Part shown: positions 11,914-26,135 of the stretch, piece by piece
Numbering within the stretch: the stretch's first letter is position 1
Layout of the letters: each line of letters begins with the position of its first letter
Source: Eledone cirrhosa
Taxonomy: Eukaryota
Assembly (NCBI GenBank): GCA_964016885.1
Contig: OZ024741.1
Location: forward strand, 370,450,001 to 370,514,000
Direction of reading: 5' to 3'
Length of the DNA stretch: 64,000 nt
Notes under the pieces: model-generated
Databases searched by the model: none
What the model was told of the DNA's origin: nothing
What the model saw: the letters and a program-made list of their open reading frames with translations, nothing else
Made by a program: the position numbers and the translations under genes

Positions 11914-12096
11914 ACTTTTCTACATTCCATATATATATATATATATATATATATATGGAATGTAGAAAAGTAACAGGCGAGTTGATACATATAAACAAAT
12001 AGTAGAGAGGAAAAAGATTTTTTCAGTAGAAAATGCTGAAGAGATTCTTTCAGTTTAATATCAAAACATTTATTTATAAAGTGGATATTTCCGCAT

Positions 12097-12155
<59 letters not shown>

Positions 12156-12234
12156 GGGGGGTCCTAAAAATGTATACTCACTTCACCACCATTCTAATAA
12201 ATATGTGTATACATTTTTGTGGGACACACTGTGT
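12156..12234. mobile_element. About 80-bp Tc1/mariner-type MITE
   Basis: Imperfect TIRs gggtcctaaaaatgtatac / gtatacatttttgtgggacac; related to 25212-25294. Confidence 0.55.
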
Positions 12235-12525
12235 ATATATATATATATTTATATATTGTGATGTGTTATTGTTGTTGTTATTGTTGTTATATGCATTGGT
12301 AGTGTGATATCTATTGTCATTGTTGTTATTCTCACTGTTGTTATATATAACATTGATGTTGTTGCTGATGATACTATTGTTTGTCTTACTACTACTGCTG
12401 GTATTGTTACAACTGTTGTTGTTGGTGGTGTTATTGTTACACTTCATGTTATCGTGTACTATAATAATTGTTTGCTGTTGTTGTCATCACAGTTAATACT
12501 GCTGCTGCTGCTGCTACTGCTGCTG

Positions 12526-12571
<46 letters not shown>

Positions 12572-12654
12572 ACAGTTCGGTCTAATCAAATAATTCCTGC
12601 CACAATTACAAAACTGTTTTTTTCAATTTGTCTTTGTTTGAAATTTTTAAAACA

Positions 12655-12698
<44 letters not shown>

Positions 12699-12743
12699 CA
12701 TGTGGGTGTGTATGTATGTATATATATATATATATATATGTAT

Positions 12744-12950
<207 letters not shown>

Positions 12951-13401
12951 TATTTATTTATTTATTTATTTATTTATTTTCTTACGCTATGTCGTTCTTA
13001 TTGTTAGCGTTGTTGTGGTTGTTGTTGTGATTGTTGTTGTGGTTGTTGTTGTAGTTGTTGTTGTTGTTGATGATGTATGTTACAGTCGCTGATTTCTTTT
13101 TACATCACCAACTACTGAAGCTGTGAATTACAATTTGACTAGCGACTGAGACTGAGAAGGGGGGGGGGACAATTAGCAACACATACCAAGCATGCACACA
13201 CACACACACACAGGCACACATACATATATACATATAATCACATACATACATACATATACTCACATACTCACATGCATACACACATACATACATACACACA
13301 TGCATACATACACGTACACACACATGCACATATACTCAGGTACATACATACATACATGCATACACACACACACGCACACATAAACACGCTAGCACGCACA
13401 C

Positions 13402-13437
<36 letters not shown>

Positions 13438-13446
13438 AAGTATGTA

Positions 13447-13531
<85 letters not shown>

Positions 13532-13683
13532 GATGTATGTATATGTATATATATATACAAAGGGGGGGGGGAGGCAAGAGAAACAGAAAGACATGATAAA
13601 GAAAAGAAAAACTAACAGGTAGATAGGTAGATAGTGAAAATATGAGCGGCAGTAAAATAGGAAGAAAAGGATTGGGAACAAAT

Positions 13684-13716
<33 letters not shown>

Positions 13717-13761
13717 CATACATACATACATACATACATACATACATACATACATACATAC

Positions 13762-14162
13762 ATGGTGGCTGCCAACTCGTTTTCGAGTACGGCCACTACT
13801 TTATATCAATGTAGGAGAACCCCTACCGATGCGCTGAACGAGTGTGACTTCTTAGTCCAGCCAGCGACTTGAAAACTCTGGTACAATCACTACACTTGTG
13901 ACAATTATTGACACATAGTGCTGGGCCCATGGTACCATGTGACGACAAGTGCAGAGAGATCTCCAGATATAAAGCAATGCCTGTGCCGTGAAGCTTTTAT
14001 AGTGAGCAAAGGCACTGCACAAAGCCAGTCCCACTCTCTTAACCAAGATGATATTTACCAAAAAGAAGAACAAGTCAACATCATTCGATACCATCAGGGT
14101 TGCAGGTGTTATATCAGAGTTTTCCTTCTCCTAGAATTCTGCCTTGACAAAGGTTAAGGGGT
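13762..14162 (-). mobile_element. Non-autonomous retroposon with (TATG)n tail
   Basis: 13762-13938 matches 23711-23888 in the opposite orientation; both end ...gcagccaccatg(tatg)n; strand inferred from the tail. Confidence 0.65.
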
Positions 14163-14185
14163 CATCTCTCATCATATATATATAT

Positions 14186-14217
<32 letters not shown>

Positions 14218-14236
14218 GTATGTATGTATATATATA

Positions 14237-14536
14237 TATTGTTATACTTGGGGAGGGTCATATTTGCGTAATATTGCCAGAATTAATAACAGAACACACT
14301 CACTGTTTGGTTGGTTTTCGCTTCTCGCTGTCTTTTATATCTGCGATCTAACTTACTCGGTCCTCATTGTTGCCATTGACTGACCGACGGTCAAAAATAA
14401 TACAGATACAATATAGACACAATATAGACACGAAGAAGCGAAAACCGAGAAGCGAAAACCAACCAAACAGTGAGTGTGTTCTGTTATTAATTCTGGCAAT
14501 ATTACGCAAATATGACCCTCCCCAAGTATAACAATA
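14237..14536. repeat. About 92-bp inverted repeat between (TA)n tracts
   Basis: tattgttatacttggggaggg...gcttctcg versus cgagaagc...ccctccccaagtataacaata. Confidence 0.9.
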
Positions 14537-14577
14537 ACTGTTTCGACACACGATTTCATATAAAAAACCTTGCTAAA

Positions 14578-14654
<77 letters not shown>

Positions 14655-14658
<4 letters not shown>

Positions 14659-15203
14659 AAAAGAATGAAACGAAGATTCATTTCTCACTCTTAGTACGGC
14701 CGATACTTAATATAAGTATGTACACGTACATACATATATGTATACAGACGTACAGTAGTATGTTTATATATACATACATGCACACATATATATATGTACG
14801 TATGGGTTTACCGAACATCTATTGTAATGTTTGGTTTGTTTGTAAACAAACAGCCCGAATTACGCCGTATAGTGTTCGGCAACCATCGTCGCCTTTTTTT
14901 GTTCAACACTGACACAGGAGCGATGTACTAGTTTCAAGCTTATTAGCTATCGTCAGCATCGTATACTTTCCTGTCAGATTATTGAACGTTTGAAAGTATA
15001 TACTTTCCTTATGCATATTAACGGCAGAGCAGCCTAATTTGCATTTCGAGTGAGTTAGTCGGCCGGGCGTACCGAAAACGATAAATGGAAAAGAATGAAA
15101 CGAAATTTCATTTCTCACTCTTAGTACGGCTGATACTTAAATGTAAGTACATATACATATATGTATGTACGTATACATACTTACATTTAAGTATCAGCCG
15201 TAC
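14655..15203 (-). mobile_element. PLE-type pLTR unit: direct terminal repeat, terminal inversion and hammerhead
   Basis: atggaaaagaatgaaacga...gatacttaa repeated at 14655 and 15086; inversion 15124-15203; HHR at 14921. Confidence 0.65.
14921..14961 (-). ncRNA. Minimal type I hammerhead ribozyme (intact)
   Basis: cgatg-CTGACGA-t-agct(aata)agct-t-GAAA-ctag-TA-catcg; the palindromic stem III is typical of dimer-cleaving PLE HHRs. Confidence 0.88.
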
Positions 15204-15465
15204 GTTACCTCTCTAACACCCAACCACTAACAACTGTATTTTAGAACTTCGCTTCTCTTATAGGTGGTACCTCTTCCTTGCTTAATCGTTCTACTTCCTG
15301 TCATACGTCTTATTTGCTGTCTCCTCATACTTTATCAATTTCTCAAATATAAGTTACTCTATTTAATACATCTCTATCTACAAAAGTTACTTTTTTTTCC
15401 ATAACTCTCTGCATTGTCATTGCTTTCTCGTTCCTCATGATTATGCTTTCTAGCATAGTTACGTC

Positions 15466-15596
15466 CCATTACGGTCTGAGTTCAAATCCCGTCGAGGTTA
15501 ACTTTGCCGTTCATCCTTACGGGATGGATAAAATAAAGTACCAGTAATGTACTGGGTAATTGCTGGCCTTGTGCCAAAAGTAGAAACAATTATTAT
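15466..15596 (+). mobile_element. SINE family 1 fragment
   Basis: B-box, core and tail as in the copy at 1046. Confidence 0.85.
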
Positions 15597-15770
15597 AGTG
15601 TGGAAAAAAATACACAGTAAACGAAAAATTCATAATTTAATTTTTAGTTTATCATTAACAAATGTTAATTGTTATATTATATATGTATGCGTGCGTAGTT
15701 GTATATACAAGGTTTTGTTGACATTGGGAAAGTTTCAATTTAAACACATAGTCGGCTAGGTACATAAATA

Positions 15771-15911
15771 TAATAATTGTTTCTACTTTTGGCACAAGGC
15801 CAGCAATTATCCAGTACATTACTGGTACTTTATTTTATTGACCCCGTAAAGATGAAAGGCAAAGTTAACCTCGGCAGGATTTGAACTCAGACCATAAAGG
15901 GCCGTAACTCT
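15771..15911 (-). mobile_element. SINE family 1 fragment
   Basis: Reverse complement of B-box, core and tail. Confidence 0.85.
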
Positions 15912-16029
15912 GGTTGATAACCATAATTGTTCACTGCATCGTCTTAAGTCTGACGTATTTTGTATCGGGTTTTATTCAACCATTATTTATAGTTTTCAAC
16001 CTATTGGTGACTATATTTTCAAATGTATG

Positions 16030-16063
<34 letters not shown>

Positions 16064-17008
16064 TGTATGTATGTATGTGTGTGTGTGTGAGTACATCTTC
16101 AGTAAAAGATAATGATGACATTAGTAGTAGTAGTAGTAGTAGTAGTGATAATTGCAACAATAACAATGAAATTCATAAGACTACTACCACCACCACTACT
16201 ACTACAACTAACACAAGTATAATGATGATAATGATAATCTTCATGAATATTTAAGATAATTACTGTGACAAACTGAGATGGAAAGAAATTAAGACGGGTC
16301 AAACTTAATTAATTTCCACCAATATCAAATATTTTCCCACGGCGGCCATTAGTAATTCAGTCGAAATTCCCGCCTTTTAAAATTTCTTTCGTATTTTTTT
16401 TATTTATTTTCTTTAAATCAAATCATTTGTAAACATCACCACTACCACCACCACTACCACCACTACCACCACTACCAACTACCACCACATACTACCACAA
16501 CCAAGTCCCATCCTTCACTACCTACTGCCACTATTTACCATCAACACAACACACACCTTACAATATCACATCCATTACTAATACTACAAATACCACCACC
16601 ACCACCACCACCACTTCGATCACTATCTAATAACACTACAACCCAACCCTCGTCCGCACCATCAATACCACATACTGTCTACATCTTCTTCCCTATTTTT
16701 CACAGTTTTACATGATCACATACATTCATAACTTGGCTTGTATTATCAAGAATCAAATCTCTTCTAGACTTGTACTATGACACTTTGGCATTCCTCTTCC
16801 CCCTCCTTCGCTTTATCATCCTCAGCAGCAGCATCTGCATCTTCTTCTTCTTCTTCTTCTTCTTCTTCTTCCATTTTATTTTTCGTATTACTTTTATAGT
16901 GCAATAAGCAAATAAGAACATCTGCAATATTTTCACATTATTTTAGTGGATAACAACAGGCTATTTCTTCTTACTCCTCCAACTCACATATTTATATTTT
17001 CTTTCATG

Positions 17009-17064
<56 letters not shown>

Positions 17065-17145
17065 CATGTGTGTGTTTGTGCATTGAGATAATTAACGATG
17101 TTTTGTTGAAATTTAAAAATATGTTAGCTCTAGTACAGACAAACA

Positions 17146-17340
17146 AATAATTGTTTCTACTTTTGGCACACGGCCAGCAATTACCCCAGTGCATTACTGG
17201 TACTTTATTTTATCGACTCCGTAAGGATGAAAGGCAAAGTTAACACCGGCAGGATTTGAACTCAGAATGGAAAGGGCCGAAACTCTTTGCGCCAAAGCAT
17301 GGCGTCCGACCTTCTACCGATACTGCCAATACACCGCCTA
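17146..17340 (-). mobile_element. SINE family 1, near full length
   Basis: Reverse complement includes ggcggtgtattggcagtatcggtag head, B-box, core and tail. Confidence 0.85.
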
Positions 17341-17499
17341 ACAGCTGATAAATAACTATAAATAAATAAATAATTATTGAACAAGTGGGATAAAAAGAAT
17401 CTTGAAGATGGAAATTAGTCAACAGCGACACAGAGACGGACGCGGGAATCAAAATACCGGTTTATATATATATATTTATATATACATATATATATATGT

Positions 17500-18325
17500 A
17501 ATCAGAGTTTTTTTAATATTAATAATAATATTCAATTTGATTGCAATTATGCAAACAGCTTTTTAAAAGCCATGTCAGTAGAATGAACCCCACATTCTTG
17601 CTCTTGTGTTTCTGGGTGATTACCCTTCCTCAGTACCGTATACTGTTTACCTGAAAATATATGATACTTTCTGAAATATACAGTGACTGATCGGTCTGAT
17701 TTGCATATTAGCAGACTGGCTGATCAGCCAGATCTGCATATCAGCAGATAGGCCAGTCAGTTTCATGTATACGAGCGCTTAATGGCCGGCTTTGCCATAT
17801 TGAAATAACTAACAAATAGCTTTATCGCTCTACATAACTGAATACAATAAATGTAATCTGAGTTTTTCGAATATTAATGATAATATTCGATTTGTTTGCA
17901 ATTATGAAAACAGCCTCTTTAAAGCCATGTAGAATGAGCCCCACATTCTTGCTCTAATGTTGGCATATTAACAGAACGGCAGACACTAATGTTTAGTTAT
18001 TTGGATATGGCAAAGAACGCCATTAATCGCTCGTATACGTGAAACTGACTGGCCTATCTGCTGATATGCAAATCTGGCTGATCAGAGGCTCTGCTAATAT
18101 GTAGATCTGACTGATCAGCCAGTCTGCTAATATGCAAATCAGGCCGATCAGTCACTGAATATTTTAGAATATATATATGTTCACTAGCTCTGACAGTTGG
18201 GAGGTAAACAGTATACGGTACTGATGAAGGGTAATCACCCAGAAATTTTAGTTCCTGCAGTTCTGTTTATATGCCAACACCAGAGCAAGAATGAGGGGCT
18301 CATTTTACTGACATGGCTTTAAAGC
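17500..18325. mobile_element. Rearranged PLE-type pLTR cluster with inverted and direct duplications
   Basis: 17610-17800 is inverted relative to 18010-18245; 17503-17605 is directly repeated at 17858-17955; degenerate HHR ctgatga-a-gggt(aatc)accc-a-gaaa at 18221 and on the - strand at about 17635. Confidence 0.65.
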
Positions 18326-18329
18326 CGCC

Positions 18330-18406
18330 GCCGTCGTCGTCGTAGTAGTAGTAGTAGTAGTAGCAGCAGTAGTAGTAACAGCAGCAGCAGCAGAAGCAGC
18401 AGCAGC

Positions 18407-18461
<55 letters not shown>

Positions 18462-18466
18462 ACAGC

Positions 18467-18501
<35 letters not shown>

Positions 18502-18515
18502 CGGCAGTAGTAGTG

Positions 18516-18566
<51 letters not shown>
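18330..18566. repeat. (AGT/AGC)n microsatellite
   Basis: Direct inspection. Confidence 0.95.
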
Positions 18567-18989
18567 AGAAGTCATATAGTTATGTCATTATCATTGTAAA
18601 TGTGTTATATCCACCATACTCCCCTCCGCACCTCATCCCCTTATTTCTATCATTACTTCCATTATTATTTGTGTATCAATATTAACACCTATTCTCCCAT
18701 AATGCACCCCCCTTCCATTTCTCTTTCTTCCTCTCCCCTTCTCTCTATCACTCTATCTTTCTCAACTCACAATTATTACTGTAACAATATTATGCCCTAC
18801 TCCCACTCTCTCTCACTTCTCTGCTGTCTATCCCCCCTACTATTTCTGTCTTTCCTCCTCCTACCCCCCCCCCCCCCCCCCTCTACACTAACATAACAAT
18901 TTGATTTCGTTTGGTTTATTCATTTTATTTATTTAATATATTCACACTTCCATTTTTTTTTTGTATATCACCAAAAATCATCACCGTTT

Positions 18990-19560
18990 ATTACCACCAC
19001 CACCACCACCACCACTACCACCACTACCACCACCACCACCACTACCACCACTACCACCACCACCACCACCACCACTACCACCACTACCACCACCACCACC
19101 ACCACCACCACCACCACCACCACCACCACCACCACTACCACCACTACCACCACCACCACCACCACCACTACCACCACTACCACCACCACCACCACCACCA
19201 CCACCACCACCACCACCACCACAAGAACCACCACCACCACCATCAGAAGAACCACCACTATTTTCAACATCAACGCCACCACAAACAATAACCACACGAA
19301 CCACTATTAATACCATCACAAACACAAACACCACCACTAGCGCTACTACACTCACTGTTTCCAACAGCCGTCTCCACCACCACCTTCCATACCACCACCT
19401 TTTATACTACCACCTTCCATACCACCACCTTCCGTACCACTACCTTCATACCACCACCTTCCATACCACCACCTTCCATACCACCACCACCAGTACTATC
19501 ACCTCCACCACCACCAGCAGTACTATCAGCACCTCCACCATCAGTACCAATCAATACCAC
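18990..19560. repeat. (CCA)n-based repeat
   Basis: Direct inspection. Confidence 0.95.
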
Positions 19561-20624
19561 CCGCCGCTATCAATATCAACACCCCCACTAACATGACTAC
19601 CCATGCTGTTTCCAAAAACAACCACCATCCAACCACCATCTAACCACCATCCAACCACCATGCTACCACCACTCCCAACCCTACCACCTCCAGCAACATC
19701 GTTATTGTTATCACAATCACACTATTAATGTTGAATCCTTTACACTTCCACGAGAGATAGAAAGGACGCACCTAGTATTTTATTTATTCATTTGTAAAAC
19801 ACCTTAACCGCCACCTCCACCACCGCTACGCCCTAATCATATTTGCAATTGTTTGTAAAATTATAAAAGTCATTATATGTTTCCAGGCTGGTTGACTTAA
19901 CTGCGTCAGGAATCATTATTAAGGCCACGGATTTAATTCTGAGGATTTATATTCGTGGTTAAGATGGGCTGGGCCGTTCGATGAATCATTTATTTAGGTT
20001 CCTTTTTTATTTTCATTTTACACCAACCCATGACGCCCACACTCATACACGTTCCACACATCACACTTCCAAACTAGCCCCCAAAATCTTTAAAACTGCA
20101 AAAAACATCGCCAAATTTACACACCAACAACACCAACACCACCAACTTCACAACCGCCACCACCACCACCACCAAGAAATGCTATGAACAGCCAATAAAG
20201 AATGAATGTTATTATTATTGTTGTTTTGTTTGATCGTCCATCGACACGTGTTATAGATCGCTCTCGTAAGTTTGTTGTTATTCCCATTGTCATCCAACGT
20301 ATTTTGTTGAACATTTGATATTCTTATATAGTTAAACTAACCACTGTCTTTGTGAACTTCTAAGGGGCTAAACCTGTGTTTATTTTCCAAACATGGTCGT
20401 CAAGTGTTTGGAAAATAAGAAGAGCAAAAGTTTACAAAACAATGACAGCAGCAGCAATACCAGCAACAAACAACTCTGTACGAGAAAAAATAACAACAAC
20501 AATAGCAAGAAGACTACCATCACCACTACAACCACTGCGTCAACTAAAATATTACGAGCAAAAAGCAAAAATAACAGTCGCGCAGATAACAACAACACAA
20601 AACATGAACAACAATAACAATACT

Positions 20625-20675
<51 letters not shown>

Positions 20676-20688
20676 CATATGTGTGTCT

Positions 20689-21490
20689 ACTAGCTGAATT
20701 AACCGTTCCTTGCTGCGTTTCACATATCTTTTTTGCAAGAAAATGATGATTGATTTTAAATCAGCGATATAATTTATGGAGAAAAAATAAAGGGAAAATG
20801 TTAAAAAAGTAGTGGCATTAACTAATAATTTTTGTTGCTATAATTCTAGTGATGTTTTGCCATAAATAAAATGTCTAAATTAGCCAAATTTTACTATAAA
20901 AGAGAGGTGCTTATTTCGTTGATTTTCGTTTAATTAATAGAAAACCCCCGTGATAATAGAGGTTCCAATATTCAAGTTACGGGCTTCCAAAATGTTCCCT
21001 ATTTAGGTGTCTTAATAACCCCCATTAGGGTGTCTTAATATTTTTTAAATTTGCTGAAAATTTGTGAATAGGCATCATATCTTGTCATTTACCCATGGTT
21101 TAAATTTCATATAAATCGAAGGGAAAAAAATTTCAGCGGGGGTTTGTACCCCTGGGGAACCCTTTAATTAAAATGAAATAAGGTACTCTGCTATGTTACG
21201 ATAAAAGAGAGGTGCGTTTTTTATTGATTTACGTTTAATTAATAGGAAAACCACGTGATAATAGGGGTTCCAATACTCAAGTTATGGGCTTCCAAAATTT
21301 TCACTATAAGGCGTTTAACCGCCATTAGGGTATCTTAATGTTATTGAAATTTGCTGAGATTTTGTGAATAGGCCTCATATATTGTCATTTACCTAAGGTT
21401 TAAATTTCATATAAATCGAAGGGAAAAAAATTCAGCGGGGGCAAGTGGGAGTTTGTGCCCCCGGGAAACCCTTTGATTAAAATGAAATAT
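20689..21490 (-). mobile_element. Possible non-autonomous Helitron-like element with about 300-bp internal tandem duplication
   Basis: - strand ends ...cggttaattcagCTAG|t; 20896-21180 is repeated at 21201-21490; the terminal hairpin is weak. Confidence 0.45.
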
Positions 21491-21974
21491 AATTAAAAAG
21501 TATTAAAAGTATTAAAAAATATGAAAAAATATAAAAATATTAAAAGTTCTTGAAAAATTCTGGAAAAAATTTCTGGAAAAAATTTCTGGAAAATTTTTTT
21601 TTTTAATCTCAGCAGATACTCAAAAAACCCTTTAAAAAAAAAAATACTTAAAAAGTACTTAAACTATTTAAAATGTTTAAAAATATTTAAAAATATTTAA
21701 AAATATTAACAAAAATTTGAATAATCTTTAAAAGGTAATTTTTTAAAAGAAATAAGTAATTTTTAAAAATAAGTAATTTTTAAATATATGAGATATTTTA
21801 GAAATAAAATAAAAAATGAAAGATTTAAGCAGTAAAAAATATTAAAATTAGAGTTAAACTTAAAATTTTAAAAAATGTTAATAGTTGAAATTATATGCAT
21901 TGGAATAAAGTAAACATTATGTAGAAAAAAATATAAGTGTAATTATATTTTATATATAGTTCTAAACGTTGAGT

Positions 21975-22290
21975 TTAGGCGATGTTTACAAGAACTAAAT
22001 AAATTCATACGTATATTAATAGAGTTCTTATATTTAAGTATGAAGAAAATTTCCTCAACACACAATTTTCAAAATCTAGATAAAGATGTGTTTCTGTAGG
22101 CGGGTGCTTGTGAAATTATATCCCAAGTTAAAGAATAGTCTTTACTTTTAGATTTTAAGCTCCGTATCAGGTTTGATAGAGAAGTTGAAGATTTTTTACC
22201 AATATTATTAAACGAGCATTTGTGATTATTGAAACGAGATTTGAAGTCTGTAGAGTTGAACCTACATAGTTAAATATATTATCATCAATA
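21975..22290 (-). pseudogene. PLE (Naiad-like) GIY-YIG endonuclease C-terminal remnant, absent from the ORF track
   Basis: NYVGST / TDFKSRFNNHKCSF...LTWDIISQAPAY...F*KLCVEE...SSCKHR aligns with YIGATSKQFKVRFNTHKHSF...LTWSVLKRATSY...CRLCSQE...SCNHR of the ORF at 28741. Confidence 0.88.
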
Positions 22291-23473
22291 ATCTTTATCT
22301 TTTACTGCTTAAATCTTTCATTTTTTATTTTACTTCTAAAATATCTCATTTTTTATTTTATTTCTAAAATATCTCATATATTTAAAAATTACTTATTTTT
22401 TAAAATTACTTAATTCTTTTAAAAAATTACTTTTTAAAGATTATTCAAATTTTTTTTAATATTTTTTAATATTTTTAAATATTTTTAAATATTTTTAAAT
22501 ATTTTTAAATATTTTTAAATATTTTTAAACATTTTAAATAGTTTAAGTACTTTTAAAGTATTTTTATTTTTTTAAAAGGGTTTTTTTTCTTCTGAGATTT
22601 AAAAAAAAAATTTTCCAGAATTTTTTCCAGAACTTTTAATATTTTTATATTTTTTTATATTTTTTCATATTTTTTAATACTTTTAATACTTTTTAATTAT
22701 TTAATATTAGAGTTATAACCAATAACTAATTCTGGCTAAATATATCTTTCAACATTTATATCTTCGTCAAAATGTTCTCATACTAACTAATAAATAAACA
22801 AAACTGGGATTTTCAGTATCTTCCCAATTTAAAACATTAAAAACATATAAATAATCTTATTAACTCAGTTAATTTAATTACTTACACTAAATATAAACCA
22901 GTATCCCTCATAACTTATTAAAACAATTATCTATAACATGATATACCCATTTATCCACTCATATATCTATTCTTCTATCTATATTTTTGATTCTCCTATT
23001 TTCTACTTTATATCAATTTATTTTCAATTTATTTTTCGATATATCTTTATATATATTTATTTTTCTATATATCTATTTTTTCCATATACTTACAATAGTA
23101 AATATCATAGTGTATTATATTAGAATTCTAACAATAATTAGTAAATATACGTAACATTAATATAAACTTTATATAAACTTAAGACTTATTTACGTTACAT
23201 GACTTCACCCTCTGATAAATTTCTTTCTTCTCTCTATCTCTCTATCTATCTCATAACAGTAATTTCTTTTTCTCTCTCTCATTCTTCTCTTTCTTCCCTA
23301 TCTCCCCCCAACATAATTTAAATAAACGGTTGTTTTTTTAATTTTTCATACATTCATTTGCATATTCACACATAACTTTGAATTACCCCTAATAAGTTTC
23401 CACTATCCAGCGAATTTCCGACCGTTAAGGTTGATTTCCATGGGTATGTCATTATTTATGAAACAAATTTTGC

Positions 23474-23535
23474 ATTTTATCTGATGAAAGCGCACCATGG
23501 TGGCTTGGTCGCCCTTGAAATATATATAATAAAAT
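23474..23535 (+). ncRNA. Type I hammerhead ribozyme (PLE pLTR)
   Basis: attttat-CTGATGA-aag.gc.cca..tgg.cgc.ctt-GAAA-tatata-TA-ataaaat. Confidence 0.85.
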
Positions 23536-23710
23536 AAATATGGTTTTATAAATATAGTTTTAATTTATTAATATCTTGGTATATATATATATATATTTAT
23601 TTATTTATAAACCCGACGGTGTCGCCTATATATTTATCTATATATATTCAGTAGATACATGTATGTATGTATGTATGTATGTATGTATGTATGTATGTAT
23701 GTATGTATGT

Positions 23711-23888
23711 ATGGTACCATGGGCCCAGCACTATGTGTCAATAATTGTCACAAGTGTAGTGTTTGTACCAGAGTTTTCAAGTCGCTGGCGGGACTAAAAA
23801 GTCACACTCGCTCAGCGCATCGGTAGGGGTTCTCCTACATGGATATAAAGTAGTGGCCGTACTCGAAAACGAGTTGGCAGCCACCATG
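23711..23888 (+). mobile_element. 5'-truncated copy of the (TATG)n-tailed retroposon
   Basis: Matches 13762-13938; embedded in (TATG)n on both sides. Confidence 0.7.
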
Positions 23889-23996
23889 TATGTATGTATG
23901 GAAAATACTCACACGTACAGATATCAGTGTATATTTGTGAATATGACATGTGAGAGAGAGAGAGATTGAGAGAGAGAAAGGGTGAAAGTGAGAGTA

Positions 23997-24029
<33 letters not shown>

Positions 24030-24197
24030 AAGAGACAGTTTTCCATTGTAAATTCATTTCTGACCTAATTGTGTAATTATCCAAACACTCCAGTTGATTC
24101 AAAGACAGGTTCCTTGCAAACATACACACATAAACATACATATATACATATACACATATATACATATTCACATGTACACTCATGTATAGAAACACTC

Positions 24198-24278
<81 letters not shown>

Positions 24279-25051
24279 ACCCATTTGCAACCACGTAGCA
24301 CGTTTGTTCTTATATATATATACATACATATATATGTCTGTGTATGTGTGTGTGTGGATATATATATATATATATGTATGTAGGTATAAATATATATATG
24401 ATATAAGTATATATATACATACATATGTATACATATATATATGTATATGCATGCACACATACATATGTATATGTATATATATATATCATATATTATATAT
24501 AAGCACATCTAATATCCTCAACAAACTCAATTGTGAAAGTTGATAATTACTTTAAACCTATTTCCTTATTTCATTCTTCGACATTCTTCTAACTTTATAT
24601 GTATTAATCTATTTTTATATATTTTATATATTTTATAACATTTTTTTATATATTTAAATATTTATTTATTTAAATATTTATTTATTTATTTATTTATTTA
24701 CTGCAATTGTTATTGTTTTTTTGTTTTTTTCGTTGTTTGTTGTTTTGTTTTTTGTTTGTTTTTCATTCGTTTTTATCGTCTTATATTATTTAATTTATAA
24801 CTTTATATGAATCTATCATAACGTTTTGGGTGTTTCTTTCTCTTTTTTGTATATTTTGTATTTTCCTGTCACTACGACAACAAATACAACGACAACAACT
24901 ATAGTAACAGTTAGAACAACTATAGTAACAATAACAACAACGACAACCACCACAATAAAAAAAACAACTATACTTACAAGAAAGGAACATGCAACGCAAA
25001 GAAAATTCTATGCTGTCATTATCTTCGCATATATATATATGTGTGTATATG

Positions 25052-25192
<141 letters not shown>

Positions 25193-25211
25193 TTATGTGT
25201 GTATACATATA

Positions 25212-25294
25212 TACAGGGTATCCCAAAAATCGTGTACTCAGTTTGATTAAAATGCTGTTGAAGTGTGTATACATATTTTGGAGGACACCTTGTA
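25212..25294. mobile_element. About 80-bp Tc1/mariner-type MITE
   Basis: TA-cagggtatcccaaaa...ttttggaggacaccttg-TA. Confidence 0.6.
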
Positions 25295-25390
25295 TATATA
25301 TACATGCAAATATGGACACACACACACACACATATATATGTATGTATGCACTCATACACATACACACGCACATACATATTTACGTGTGTG

Positions 25391-25442
<52 letters not shown>

Positions 25443-25460
25443 TATGTCTATGTATGCGTG

Positions 25461-25509
<49 letters not shown>

Positions 25510-25616
25510 CTTCTTCTTCATCAGTTTCTAACATGCTCAATGGGGGTGGGGGATATGAGAAATGTTTCTCTTTTTTTCCATTACATATCACTACAGTAAA
25601 TACCATCGGTTACGTC

Positions 25617-25666
<50 letters not shown>

Positions 25667-25851
25667 CTTCTTCTTCTTCTTCTTCTTCTTCTTCTTCTTC
25701 TTCTTCTTCTTCTTCTTCTTCTTCAAATATAAAGACTGGGACACATTAATAACAACAGCAACAACAACCACCCAAATGATGATGATGATGATTACACGGA
25801 GGTAATCTTGCATAAGTGGCGATTTGAAGCAGCAGCAGCAGCAGCAGAAGC

Positions 25852-25901
<50 letters not shown>

Positions 25902-25947
25902 CAGCAGCAGAGGTAGTAGTAGCAGCAGCAGCAGTAGCAGCAGCCAG

Positions 25948-26021
<74 letters not shown>

Positions 26022-26037
26022 CAGCAGCAGTAGCAGC

Positions 26038-26090
<53 letters not shown>

Positions 26091-26135
26091 CAGCAGCAGT
26101 AGCAGTAGTAGTAATAGTAGTAGTAGTAGTAGTTT
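25617..26135. repeat. (TTG)n(TTC)n and (AGT/AGC)n microsatellites
   Basis: Direct inspection. Confidence 0.9.

Larger units (their letters stand above)
21490..23580. mobile_element. Penelope-like element with inverted pLTR
   Basis: Inverted arms 21490-21838 / 22300-22700; GIY-YIG remnant in the spacer; HHR at 23474; ends in (TA)n. Confidence 0.85.

Noticed and set aside
18961-19596. Poly-proline, formin-FH1-like ORF
   Set aside because: A (CCA)n repeat open in multiple frames with no flanking domain or exon evidence.
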